From Trichoplax adhaerens (Eukaryota > Animalia > Placozoa), in assembly GCF_000150275.1 (NCBI RefSeq), contig NW_002060946.1, positions 7,843,494 through 7,907,493 of the forward strand: a stretch of 64,000 nucleotides of DNA, read 5' to 3'. This document shows positions 40,916-52,967 of the stretch, one piece after another. How positions within the stretch are numbered: position 1 is the stretch's first letter; each line of letters begins with the position of its first letter. Below the pieces are notes generated by a model. The model did no database searches. It was given only the letters and a program-made list of their open reading frames with translations, and was not told where the DNA came from. The position numbers and the translations under genes were made by a program.

Positions 40916-41550
40916 TGTCACAAAACAGCTTTGCAAGAAGATAACGTAATATACGATCAATAAGTCAATTCCTTGAACCACGTATTAAGGAACGATATCT
41001 GCTCTATCAAAAACATTTTTGCTCTACTAGCAGACTACACAAAGACTTAAACGCCTCGTATTTTACGTTAAACACTAAGTTTGAGAATCCACTTTATAAC
41101 ACGATATACTGCTTTTATATACTATTCCTCTATAGTTCATGAGTCATAGTTAGTACGATTAACTTTGAAATCATTTACTGAACTAGATATTAATTATAGC
41201 TACTGCTCCCTTAATGCAGACAACAGTATAATAGGGAATGCAAATCATCTACTTACAGTTCGAATCATTGTGATTGTAATTTACTTATGGTAGATTGTAA
41301 ATTATCGTGGAAATGTTCCGTGATAGGACATATCGTAATCTGACTATTCTGTATTAGTCACCAGATGTCTACGTTCGTAAATACTGATTAATTTCAGTAC
41401 GTGTATAAGTGTCACTGTCATAAAAAGTCAGTGCTATATTAAAACACAGTATATCCAAATTAGAAGTTAACTAAATAAGGATAGGCTAACAGAATTATCC
41501 TAACATAGATATTTCTACTCTAATACAGTACTGTATATAACACTGTCACA
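40916..41550 (-). mobile_element. Solo-LTR-like element (family A) with 5-bp TSD TTAAC and an internal ~157-bp inversion
   Basis: ttaac|TGTCACAAAAC ... CACTGTCACA|ttaac. Colinear with 9085-9713 except 41230-41386, which is inverted. Confidence 0.85.
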
Positions 41551-43253
41551 TTAACTCATTTGAACTTATATACACAATTACAATAGATATGCTAAGTATA
41601 AATATTTTTATCATGACAATTCATGCGTGCATATGTGTGCAGGTGTGTTCAAATTGCTGCCTACAGCAACCAGTAAATGATGGATAGGAAGATAATCTTC
41701 ATCATGTTTGTAATTGGATCGATTATTCTAAATATTGCGGATTATTATAGGTTAATTTTCATAATGATAGCAATAAGTTCATGAACTTCAGCAATTAGTA
41801 AACCACTATATATAGCATTAATATTTGGTGACTATCAAAATGTTAAGACCGACGATCACAGATTATCATAACATATCGCAATATTAGAAGTTACGGAAGT
41901 TATAAAAGGTAAGATGACTGTCAATCTACTCCCTATTCTTGTTTTACCGCAAACAATCTAATCTTGCTTCAACAAATGAAATTCCTTAATATTTATTAAG
42001 CTGTTAGCAAGAGTGTTGTATAATATCCCCTTAAAATTCAGCCATGGGCGTAACCGATCAACTTCCGCGTTTAAATCATTTTATTCAATAGGATCTTTAA
42101 AGTTTCACTGAGATCATAGCTTATTTTGTGCTATTTAGGCCACTTCCATACTTTTATTACACCACAGAACCAATAAGTCCTTCTTTTAAGACGCTAATTT
42201 ACTCTAAAATTTCTAGTTTCGACCATCAGCTACACACTTAAATATAAATTAGTTGATCAGGACTTCCAGTTTTATCACCGATAACAAAAGAAATTTTTCA
42301 TTAGCATTGATCTTTTATAGAAACCATCTGAGTGAAGGAATACAATTAAAGTGCTTTACATCTGTCTACAATACCAAGAATGAGATGACGTTTTCTATAT
42401 CATGTCTATTGTATTATGATTAACATAATTGCTACATTTTAAAGCTAAACTACAAGTTGTATAACAACAAGCGCTAAAGTTGATTTCCCTTTTTTAAACA
42501 ATTATATCGTATCGATATACTAATCGCTTTTATCATGATCAATAGTACTGTCATTCTAAGCTTATTTATTCGTTAATTAATTGGATGTTTATCGTTTTCA
42601 GATGATTCTGTATTGAGAATGCGGAAGGATAGCAGTTTCCGGCGAATAGAATATTGCCATTCCAGCATCTGGATTCCACATTGATTGATATGTAATTGAT
42701 CAAATTCAAAATGATTTATGAAGGCAGGCAAAACACGGTTATTATCAATAAATGAAGTGTTAACGGCCTAATTTTACATGTTTATCGATGTATAATTCAT
42801 TATGTTTATGTAAATTTTACGTCTTTTACAAGTTTTGACCAATAATTAAAGACAAAGCCAATGTTTACAATAGAGCTTATTTCATGGATATTATCTCTAC
42901 TGAAATAGCTCTACTTTTAATATTTGGATGCATTATTTTTACATCAGATACTAGCCGGATAATCTAGAGGCAAATACATTTATTTATGTATAAGGCACAT
43001 CAATAAATTGCATTATATTTTAATTACTGAATTATGCCTTAAATTATAGCATTCATCGAGCAGTTACAATTAAAATTACCAAGGAAAGAACCTAGTAGGT
43101 TTGACATTCCCAGAAGATTTATTTCTATCATATACCATCTTCTTTGGGATAATCAACAACCAGGTAAAAATATACTTCAAATCGGTGAACTCAAGCTTAA
43201 AATGGTATAAGCCATCTCTAAGCATACTTCGAAGAAGAACTTCTATCCTAAAT

Positions 43254-44300
43254 ATGGATAATACTACCATTACTACCATTACTACCATCAATAACAGCAT
43301 TGCTATTATTAAAATTCATTCTACAAACACTTTAACCTTCCTTTATTGCTTACCCGTATTTCTTGGCATTTTCATTCTCATTTCCAATGGATTACTGATT
43401 TATCTTATTCTTACGCGACGGCATTTGTGGAAAAGGGATCATATTAGATTAATTAATATGTGTATTGCTGCCCTATTCTTGTCAATATTTTATTACATTC
43501 CACATCATTGGATTTCCAAGAATAAGACGACATTTTTATATCATTTACAATATCCAATACGTGACTTTCTTATCGCCTCTTTCAATTACCATTTAACTAT
43601 CGATGCGCTGGAGAAAACCATTATTATTGCCTATCCAATCAGCCATGATCGCATTATCAAGACTAGTCGTGCATTTACTAGCGTAGCTATCGTTTGGTTG
43701 GCTTGTTTAATCATCGGCTTTTGCCCTATATTTACTTTCCGCAAATTTAGCATAAACAATACCTCTGCAATCTACTCAGACTTGGGTATCATCCGCTGCA
43801 ATTATGTATTTTATGTTGCTTTCTATACCTTTTGCTTTATTATTCCTATAGTTATCATATTTTGCTGCAATATCTATCTTTGTATCGTTAGTTTGCGACA
43901 TTTAAGAAAAATTCAACGTTTGGCAAAGGCGGCTAATAAAGAGAGAGGAAGAAGACATAAAATTCGCCTAGCTATTAAGCAATTTCGAGCTGTCAGAGTA
44001 GTCATCCTTACAACGGGAACTTTTATGATGTTAACTTTTCCTTATTATATTTGTATCTTGATTGGCTTTAGCTTGCATACCAGCCGTAATCCGGCAACAA
44101 TTCTCGAACAAATACTTCTTTCAAAGCAAAGCGCTTACTTTGCATTTACTACGAAAGCTGTTCTACAAGAAATTGCCTTTGCATTTCCAGCGATTAATCC
44201 AATTATTCTTGTTCAATTTACGCATGATATTCGAATTGCTATGAGTAATTTTTTACATTTCACCTCAAGATCAAGAAGGCTGCCAATTAATAAAACATGA
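43254..44300 (+). CDS. Divergent class A GPCR (348 aa from Met 43254), intronless
   Basis: Seven TM segments; SN (TM1), LEKxxxIAYP in place of DRYxxIxxP, TM4 W, basic ICL3, FPYY (TM6), AINPII (TM7); N-terminal NTT/NNS sequons. The upstream TTG start in the ORF track is not credible. Confidence 0.85.
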   Translation: MDNTTITTITTINNSIAIIKIHSTNTLTFLYCLPVFLGIFILISNGLLIYLILTRRHLWKRDHIRLINMCIAALFLSIFYYIPHHWISKNKTTFLYHLQYPIRDFLIASFNYHLTIDALEKTIIIAYPISHDRIIKTSRAFTSVAIVWLACLIIGFCPIFTFRKFSINNTSAIYSDLGIIRCNYVFYVAFYTFCFIIPIVIIFCCNIYLCIVSLRHLRKIQRLAKAANKERGRRHKIRLAIKQFRAVRVVILTTGTFMMLTFPYYICILIGFSLHTSRNPATILEQILLSKQSAYFAFTTKAVLQEIAFAFPAINPIILVQFTHDIRIAMSNFLHFTSRSRRLPINKT

Positions 44301-45664
44301 TTATATATGTGCGTAATCTATCGTACTTATTTTGCTTTTAAAACTCTTGATATTACCCAGCTAAGTTAATTCCAGCATTTAGGGATAATAATAAAAGTCT
44401 CCTGATACTGAGCCAAAAATTCAATCATTCTTTTAAAATTCATCACAAAACTTGATACCATAAAGAGTAAGATCAAAAAGTGATTATCACTTCGCATAAG
44501 AAAGTATAAAATTATTAAGCTGTTCTTTTAATCATTTTTCATGATATTTTGATGTCAATAGCCTATTATATTTATTATCGTATGTAAATTATTTCTTGGA
44601 AACCTATAAAGCGATTATAAACAATTATGGTCTTCTCCTGATAGCGATAATTATTGACTTTAGCAAATTCAATTAAGCGTTGTTCGCTGAATTATTCTTC
44701 TAGTCCAAGAGCGTAATAATTTCCAGGACGATTTATATAAGTTACATTTGTAAATCTGTCTTTTACAATAATAATTATTTATATTTACCTACTTTTCAAT
44801 ACTTTAAATCTTCTAAACCTTTTCGTCTTAATCTAAAGTTTTTACAGCATACATATTGCTGAAATTTTTAATACCCAATACGTTAGTAAATACCCGTATA
44901 TTATTGTAGTGCAGTGTTATGGTTCTAATTCCTCTTTGGCTTTCTTTATTATTATGCTGGTTTTTAGTCTTTCGAATAGGCTATAATTACTAAATACCAT
45001 TGTCATAACATCTCCACTCTTAAACTTAACATTATATTGGTAATGAATGTATGGGTTTTTAACCCTACTTTATTAACATATACAGTTCTATACTACATAG
45101 TATTCGTGATAGTCTTATTGGTCATCATGTATAAATGATAACTATCAATGAAACGAAAAAAATATAAGGATTTGTATATTCTTTTAAATTTATGAGCTTA
45201 CAATATAGTTGCAGTGGTCTAATGAACATTGCACAATACTACGAAACTTTATAGAAAAAGAAGTATCCCTACATTAATTTATTTGTAAGTTGCGTTAAAG
45301 GTGATGATAGTATCATTATTCCCTAATAAAGATATGAAAGTTTGCCATATTTCTGATAATCTATTTTAATGTATATAATGTAAGCTCTTCTTTTGGATTC
45401 GAATATAATAATTACGTGATCATGTTATTAGACTGTTATTAAATATGAAGTACCATATTTAATATGAAATTAGAGATGGCTGGGATATATCAATACGTAG
45501 AAGATATCAGACAATCTTAATTTGAAATTGAATAATCAGCTAACGAAAACATTAACACTTCAGAATATATTTGGTAATATCTCAACGAAGAATTTTCAGA
45601 AAATTAAGTAAAAGTCTATAAAAATAAACTTTAGTCATGTGTGATAAAGAATACTCTAAGCTGT

Positions 45665-45895
45665 TGTCACAAAACAACTTTCGTGATCGTACCTAAACTA
45701 GTCTATCTACTCTTATGGTTCTCCGACTAACTCCGGAGATCCTCAGTAAGGGAAAACTAACTTATTCCTATACTATTGTAATCGAGTCAAACGATAGGTT
45801 TAATATTTTTAATCACACGACAGTATAACATTACAGTTATTCTACTATCGTAAATTACTACTAATTATACGCAAGGAGCATCAAGCTCCATAACA
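45665..45895 (-). mobile_element. Short solo-LTR-like element (family B, 231 bp) with 5-bp TSD GCTGT
   Basis: gctgt|TGTCACAAAACAACTTT ... CTCCATAACA|gctgt. The first 17 bp match the family A terminus at 16 of 17 positions; the interior is not recognisably related. Confidence 0.65.
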
Positions 45896-48444
45896 GCTGT
45901 CTATTGAATTATCAAAGAATTAAAATCTTAAAGCCTATTTGACGACATCATTATAATTTCGCTTATATAACATATTTTTCTTCCAATAACATAAATATTA
46001 TCTAAACCATCATAAGACTTTTACTTCACACTCTGTATATTTTTAATTAACTAGTATTAACGCTTTAAAAGTGGAAATGTTAAAGCGATTTTACTAGAAG
46101 GAGAAATTTAGAATTTCAGTCTAATCACATATGAAGTCAATATGATTTTCTTGTCTTCCGGTAGTCCAGCTGTACATCATCCATAATGTTTTAGTTAATA
46201 CGAGCCCATAAAGGTAATTCTATAAACTTACTGATATCGAAAGTATTACTAAATACTTTTTGTAGACCTAAAGTAGAGTTATATATATGTTAATTATTTA
46301 ATAAATGACAATATTACCGAAATTCCAGAACCATCAATTGTTAATTGTTTAATTAAACTCCTAAATGCTACACCTATGTAAGGCTCTTATTCGACGAAGA
46401 ATTATTTGATACCTTTTAATAACAAATGTCTAATCCTACATCATTAGCTTCAAACTAGCATTATCGTCTATCATAAATTTAGAAAACTCTAGAAATCGAG
46501 TAGATTGTACGTATATGGTTAGCGCATAAAGTAGTGCATAATTATGTGAATGTTTCTCAATTCGAAATAATTTTATTTAACAAAAATGACAAAACCAATT
46601 AAAGCATACGATGCCGCAATTCTTCTTTGTCTTAAAAATTAATTAAGAACGAAATTACCGATTGTTACAGATCTAAATTTGTAATAAGGAAAAGTAGAAC
46701 TATTATAGATTTTAAATATTACGAGCCTACTGTCATGTTTGTCCTTCTCGATATCTACCTACAGTACAACTCTAAATACTGACGATCACCTATTTGTCAG
46801 GAGGAAAAGTAAACGCTACTAGTCTCTCTTAAATATAATTGAATTCAAGCTTTTATTGAAAACTCATTAAATTTTATAGCAAATCTATATAAACATTAAT
46901 GATCTGGTTGTCGATAATATTATATAATTACGGAGTTATCTTTTAAAATATGTAACATCTTACAGATAAATTGATGTAAACACATTTCTAGATAATTTAT
47001 TTTATAGAAACGATGTTATGACAGCTATGCAAAAGTTACTACACAACAACGATCCACGAATCATTCAGTTACTCTTTGAACATCTAGTCACGATATCCTA
47101 AAATAACAAATCAAATATTTGTTGGCAGCGTTAGATTAGATTAGAATATGATTTTCATTAGACATCTTTGCTTTGCATTTTATGCTGTAAATGTAGAAGT
47201 TAAGAATGAAAAAGGAATTGCAATTTATAAATATGCCTTAAAAATAATAATTTTAACATTTAATACCTAATGATTATTTCCTTTAGACTACAGAATAGGA
47301 ATAATGTTATAAACAATCTAAGATCATGACTTAACTTCCACTAACTGCATCGCAAGTATTAGCTGTATGAGTGATATTAAAGAGCAACAACTATTCTGCT
47401 TGCTTTATGTCATAAATAGCACAATAGGGTCTACCGATGGTTGAAATAAAGCGGCTCGAATCATAATAACAATAAGCTACAGCACTAGTTTAATTTAAAT
47501 AGAGGGTATCCTTTATCTGGACGATATTTAATTCAATATAAGCCTATTTCACAACGCTATAGGACCAATAAGATCTACCGCAAAATGAAAATATTGACTA
47601 TGAATTCAATATATTAGAATTCTTGGCTTCTTGATATTGAATAATAGATTAGATTTGATTTATAGCTATTTTATGCTATTTTGTAGTAATTAACGTTGTT
47701 CGTCGTAAAATTTAGCCTACTGTGGCGTCTTTCAATAAAAATAATAATTTTCTAGATGTACCGTATTGCACATGTTTCCCGACGTTAATAATAAATGCTA
47801 TAATAAACATTAACTGTTTTATTTTTGGTTATAAACCCTAGATAGTGGTGATAAATAACTCTTGCGACATTTCTGATTAAGATAAATATTCTATGAAAGT
47901 TTCCTAATGCAAAATCAACTAATGTTTAAATTAACAAATAAATTTCTGGAATCGATATTGCCGCTCCCTTGTGTGCTTATAATGTGAAATAACTTCCTTC
48001 GAAAGAGAAACTATGTCAATTGCACTAAAATATTATAGCCTGCTATCAATATCCAATTGTGTATAAGACAACTGCGATCAAAAAGATATAAATGATTGTT
48101 AAACTGATTCTATTGTCTGTTATTATTTGGAAGCGTATTATGTTTTGCCAATCAGTTAATTTCTACACGTACATGCCACACCGTATATTGCATAATTTAT
48201 AGTTCATCTTACCGTATGCAAATTTACTCAACCTTTCAGAAATTTTTATTACGAAAATTTGCATTTGTATGCAGAATTTCTATTTACAATAAAATGACAA
48301 ATAAATATTTTAAAAACTAACTGATTTATCATCGCTCAGCAATTCCACTCCTCCTCATTCTTAATTAAAATTTCTATATTTTGAATACTATCTATTTTTA
48401 TTATCAACGAGAAAGCATAATATCTCATTAATGTAAAACATAAA

Positions 48445-51400
48445 ATGGTTAGTAAAAGCGAAAATAGTTATCAAAAGATTGATGACACTCTGTTAACACA
48501 AATCATGGCTCTCTTTCACCAGCCAGTCGATCCATCTTCTCTTGCTATTACTCGTATCTTTTACGGTATGTACTATTACATTTACTTCGCTAAGTGCTAT
48601 CATGTAACAATAGATCAGTATCCTATTTTAAGGCTTTTCGAAATATGTTCGTTGGGCTTTTATAATAAGATTTTCTAACTACCGACAGGATTGTTAATGA
48701 TGTTTGATATCACGTTAGAGCGTGGAATGGCGATTATCAATGTAAAATGGGGCAATCCAGATTCTTGTATATTCCCACTATTCGATTTTATAAAACCGTT
48801 ATCATCAGATTGGATGCATATGTTATACTTATCGATGATAATAGCTTCATTTTGCATTTGTATTGGTCTCAAATATCATTTTATGACGACCTGGTTAGCC
48901 ATTTGCTATTGGTACATTATCTTATTAGACAAGACCGCATGGAATAATCATACCTACCTATTGGGCCTATTTGCCCTGTTTTTTTCGGTAACAGACGCGA
49001 ATCGATGGTGGTACGTAGCAACTAAGATTATAATTTCAGTGTAGAATATCCTAATAAGCATCAAGAAACCAGAACTTATAAAGCTGCAGCATGGTTGAGC
49101 GATACTACTTAGAAATTAGCAGAACTAGATTGATAATTTTCTAGTAATTCTATACCGATAGAACAATATTTGACAGAATGGCATGCAGCAATGCACAGCG
49201 GAATCCTAATTCTATACTCAATCGAAAGGTTTAAGCGTTAAAAAAATTACATTAATCATATTTATTGAGCAGCATTTTATAAATGTCCCATAAGTACGAT
49301 GAATTAATCATAGATAGCTCATTTCCTTCTTCATACTATTTTCCCAAATTAGTGATTTCACATGAACAAGTAACTCTAACAAAGCGTTAAATGATAAAAT
49401 AGTGTTTTGTAATCTCTTGTAATCATAATTGAATCTTGAGCGTACAACAATCGAAAGAATTTAAGTTTTGGAAAGATCAAGTTTATAACATTTATTGAGT
49501 AACATTTCAATAATGTACCGTACGCGTTAGTAATTAGTCGTAGCTTGGCTAATTCTTCATACTATTTTTCGAGAATCAGTGATTTAGCATAGCCCGAATA
49601 AATAACTCCAACAAAGTACTAAGTAATACTAAGTGAAATTAGTATTTTTAATCTCTTAGCCAAAAAGGTTGAAATTTCTAACGGAATCTGTTATACCAAG
49701 AACTATCAAATATATGTTTGTAATTTCAGGACTATTACAGTATATTTCAATGGATATTTTTAAAATAAATTGGCCTAAGATTAATAGTACGATCGTGATT
49801 TCATTCTCATAACGCTATTTCATATCCGGTGTTTAACTTCAGTAACTGTGAATTTAAGAAACTAATGCTAAATGTGGGAGCAATAACTTAGATACTGTAA
49901 ATATGAATTAAATTTCTTTGCTTGATTTTAATCTCCAATTCTTTTCGTTAATTTTCGTAGGTCTGTTGACGGACTATTGGATAGAAGTAAATGCAATACA
50001 GCTATTCCTCTTTGGCAATTGCTTCTATTTCGATTTCAAGTAAGTTTTCCGTATACAATATTTCTAGAAAGATTGACTAACGTAGAGTAAACTATCATAA
50101 GAAGGTAATTCATTATATAATTATTAATGAAGTATAAGGAGTAAATTACAGAAAAGTAAGTGATAAATTAAGCAGGTTAGATCTGATGTTGTTAGTAGCT
50201 AAATTTGTTAAAACACATACAGTACAGCTCTCTTTCAGCAAATTGACTCACACTTTTAGACGAAATTTTTACTTTTAAAATAGATTTTTATGGTCTATTT
50301 CTACGCGGGCATCAAAAAATTTCATCCAGATTGGATTTCTGGCCATTCAATGAGATCGTTAGCAACGCATTGGATCTTTTCTCCCTTTCGTACTTTATTG
50401 ACCATAGAACAAATCAACTTACATATTGTCCATCATTGTGGTTTAGCATTCGATTTATTTGAAGGATTTCTACTTTATTTTAATACAACAAGGCCAGTTG
50501 GTCTTATCTTAGGCTGTTATTTTCATTTCACTAATGCTTGGATTTTCCAAATCGGAATATTTCCATACATTATGCTAGCTACTCTACCTATATTTTGCAA
50601 TCCTGACTGGCCCAAACATTTTGTACGCAAATTACGCGGACACCGGCAAAATTATTTAGTATTAAATCGTTATTTATTTCTATCATACCGCTTCAACAAT
50701 AGTCTAAATCTTGGCGATACGACGATAAATGATGGACTTGAAAATCAGCTCATCAAGAATTATGACTTTACGATGCCTTACTGTTCAAGCAGAAGAAAAA
50801 GTTCATTAAGTAAACGAAATTACATCACATTCCTCTTTTTCAGTCTCTATGCGGTGTTACAACTTTGCCTGCCATTTTCTCATCAAATAACAAAGGTTAT
50901 AACAACACTAAGACGCCACAATTATTATGTTTCCCAGCTAGGGCTGTTTACAGTCTATCAGCTCTTTATTTAGTTTGCCCAATTTTAGAATAGGATTGCT
51001 TAACCAATTATGTAGTCAACATGTAATGCGCAAAATTATATTGCTAGTTAATTATATACTTTATGCTGTAGTAATTTTTCGAATCGATCATCCTTTCGCA
51101 TAACTTAGGGTTACATCGCTTGGGATGGACATGGTTTATACGGTTATTCTTGGGATATGATGATTCGTACATGGATCACTCCATATACTAAAATAACTGT
51201 AGTAGATAATGCTACTCAACAATATTATGATTTAAAGCCGAATGTAAGTATAAATTTGTACTATGAAGGTTGGTAAAGTATTAGCAAACAGTTTTTACAA
51301 GAGAGGATTGATCAAAAGCTGCAGTTGGCCCTGAACTGCATTTTATGCATAGAGCAATGCATAATATCAAATATGTGCACAATAAGAAAGTTAGAACCAA

Positions 51401-52677
51401 TACTAGAATTTCCAATGTTGGATAAGATATTTTATTCGATTTTAAAATCTCAATAATGTTAAACGATAGTCTCATAGCTGCCTCAAGTACGGTATGATTG
51501 AGGGGAAACATTTGGGCCGAAAAATATAGAGTTCTATTTTTAAGTACATCAGTAATGTAAATAACTTTACACAATCAAATGCAGTACTTACTACTAACAA
51601 AATCATGTACTGCAGACATACCATATACGTAGAATATGCAGATGAACCAGTTTCAGTGAGAAGTATTTACTTATGATGTACAGTATAGTATATTAACTTG
51701 TTGACTTGTTATATTCCTGGTCATAAAAGCATGGGTCCGCGCTTGCTATTAGAGAAACAATATTACCATTATTTCCATTCTCACGGATGACGACAAGAAG
51801 CACTGACTAGTTTTAAGTGATCTACTTGTTTACCATATACGATGTGCTGAATATGCAATACGATACGCTGATCATGCAATAAAACTCTTTTTATATAAAT
51901 CCAAATATTTAGACCTTTATTCACAATATACCTACGATCAACTTTCGATGGGATTCTCACCCAGACATGATGAAGCAGTATGCCATGTGTATTGCCCGAC
52001 ATGCCAAGAAATTTGGCGTCAAGAAACCTGCAGTTTATTTTGATATATGGAAATCGCTAAACTATCGATTCCAACAACGGTTAGTCAATTCAAATATTGA
52101 TTTGGTATCAGCTGAGTGGTCACCATGGAAAGCGACATCGTGGATCATGCCTCATTTAAATAATTTAACATGGTGGACATCCGAAGAAATCGATATGAAA
52201 ATGAATTTATTGGATAAAACTTATAATTCGTCGATAAATTATATTGCTGATTTTCCAGGATTCAATATAAATAAGTTTATACCTGTAGACTATCGCGCTA
52301 ATGTGACGGTATTACATGGACAAATTCAAATTCAATTACATAATTATAAAACTATATTAATGAAAAATCAAAGTTGCCTATTACCTAGTAACTCAACGCA
52401 TCAAATTACCGTTATTTCTAATCAACCAGCAGTCTATTATTACCAATATGAAGACATTTCTTTTCAAAATAAGACCACTGTACACAAAGAGCATAAATTA
52501 ATATTGAAGAAAATACTAAACGATAGCCAGCGATCGCGTATGCTGATTGAAAATTCTCTATTTCATGCAGTCCATCATTATTTCTATCTTAAGAAACGCG
52601 TCTATAACCGAATAATTATTAAGACCGTTGCTGCACTAGATAATATATTGCATGAAATTCAATCATTCTTAAGCTAA
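48445..52677 (+). CDS. GGCX: Vitamin K-dependent gamma-glutamyl carboxylase (~677 aa). Exons 48445-48565, 48689-49010, 49961-50039, 50284-50895, 51109-51243, 51913-52677
   Basis: DPSSLAITRIFYG, LLDKTAWNNHTYL, VYFYAGIKK (catalytic Lys pair), GLYGYSWDMM, HPDMMKQYAMC, YFDIWKSLNYRFQQRL and WSPWKATSW motifs; in-frame GT-AG introns. Confidence 0.95.
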
Positions 52678-52967
52678 TAAGCCTCATCAAAATTTTTTGC
52701 TCCATGTAAGGGGAGTAACTCAAGTTGCAGCTTGCGCATAACACAATTACAGCATACACACTAGAGGCAAAATGATTAGCATGTATTTTACTAGTATTAG
52801 GTAGAACGGACATTATCATTTGCTATAAATTTTTATTACATCTCTACGTTTATTGATCCTGAATTTGTCCTTGACAATTACTTTCATATTGAATCTAGCT
52901 AAATATTTTTATCGCTTAGATATAAATGAGAATAAAGCAGCAATTAAAATTATCTATATTATGACAG

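Noticed and set aside
43076-43300. Short ORFs antisense or off-frame to real genes (43076-43300, 44062-44244, 48675-48872, 51781-52002, 23441-23653) and isolated 60-120 aa ORFs in AT-rich DNA
   Set aside because: Shadow or chance ORFs with non-ATG starts, AT-driven composition and no family motifs.
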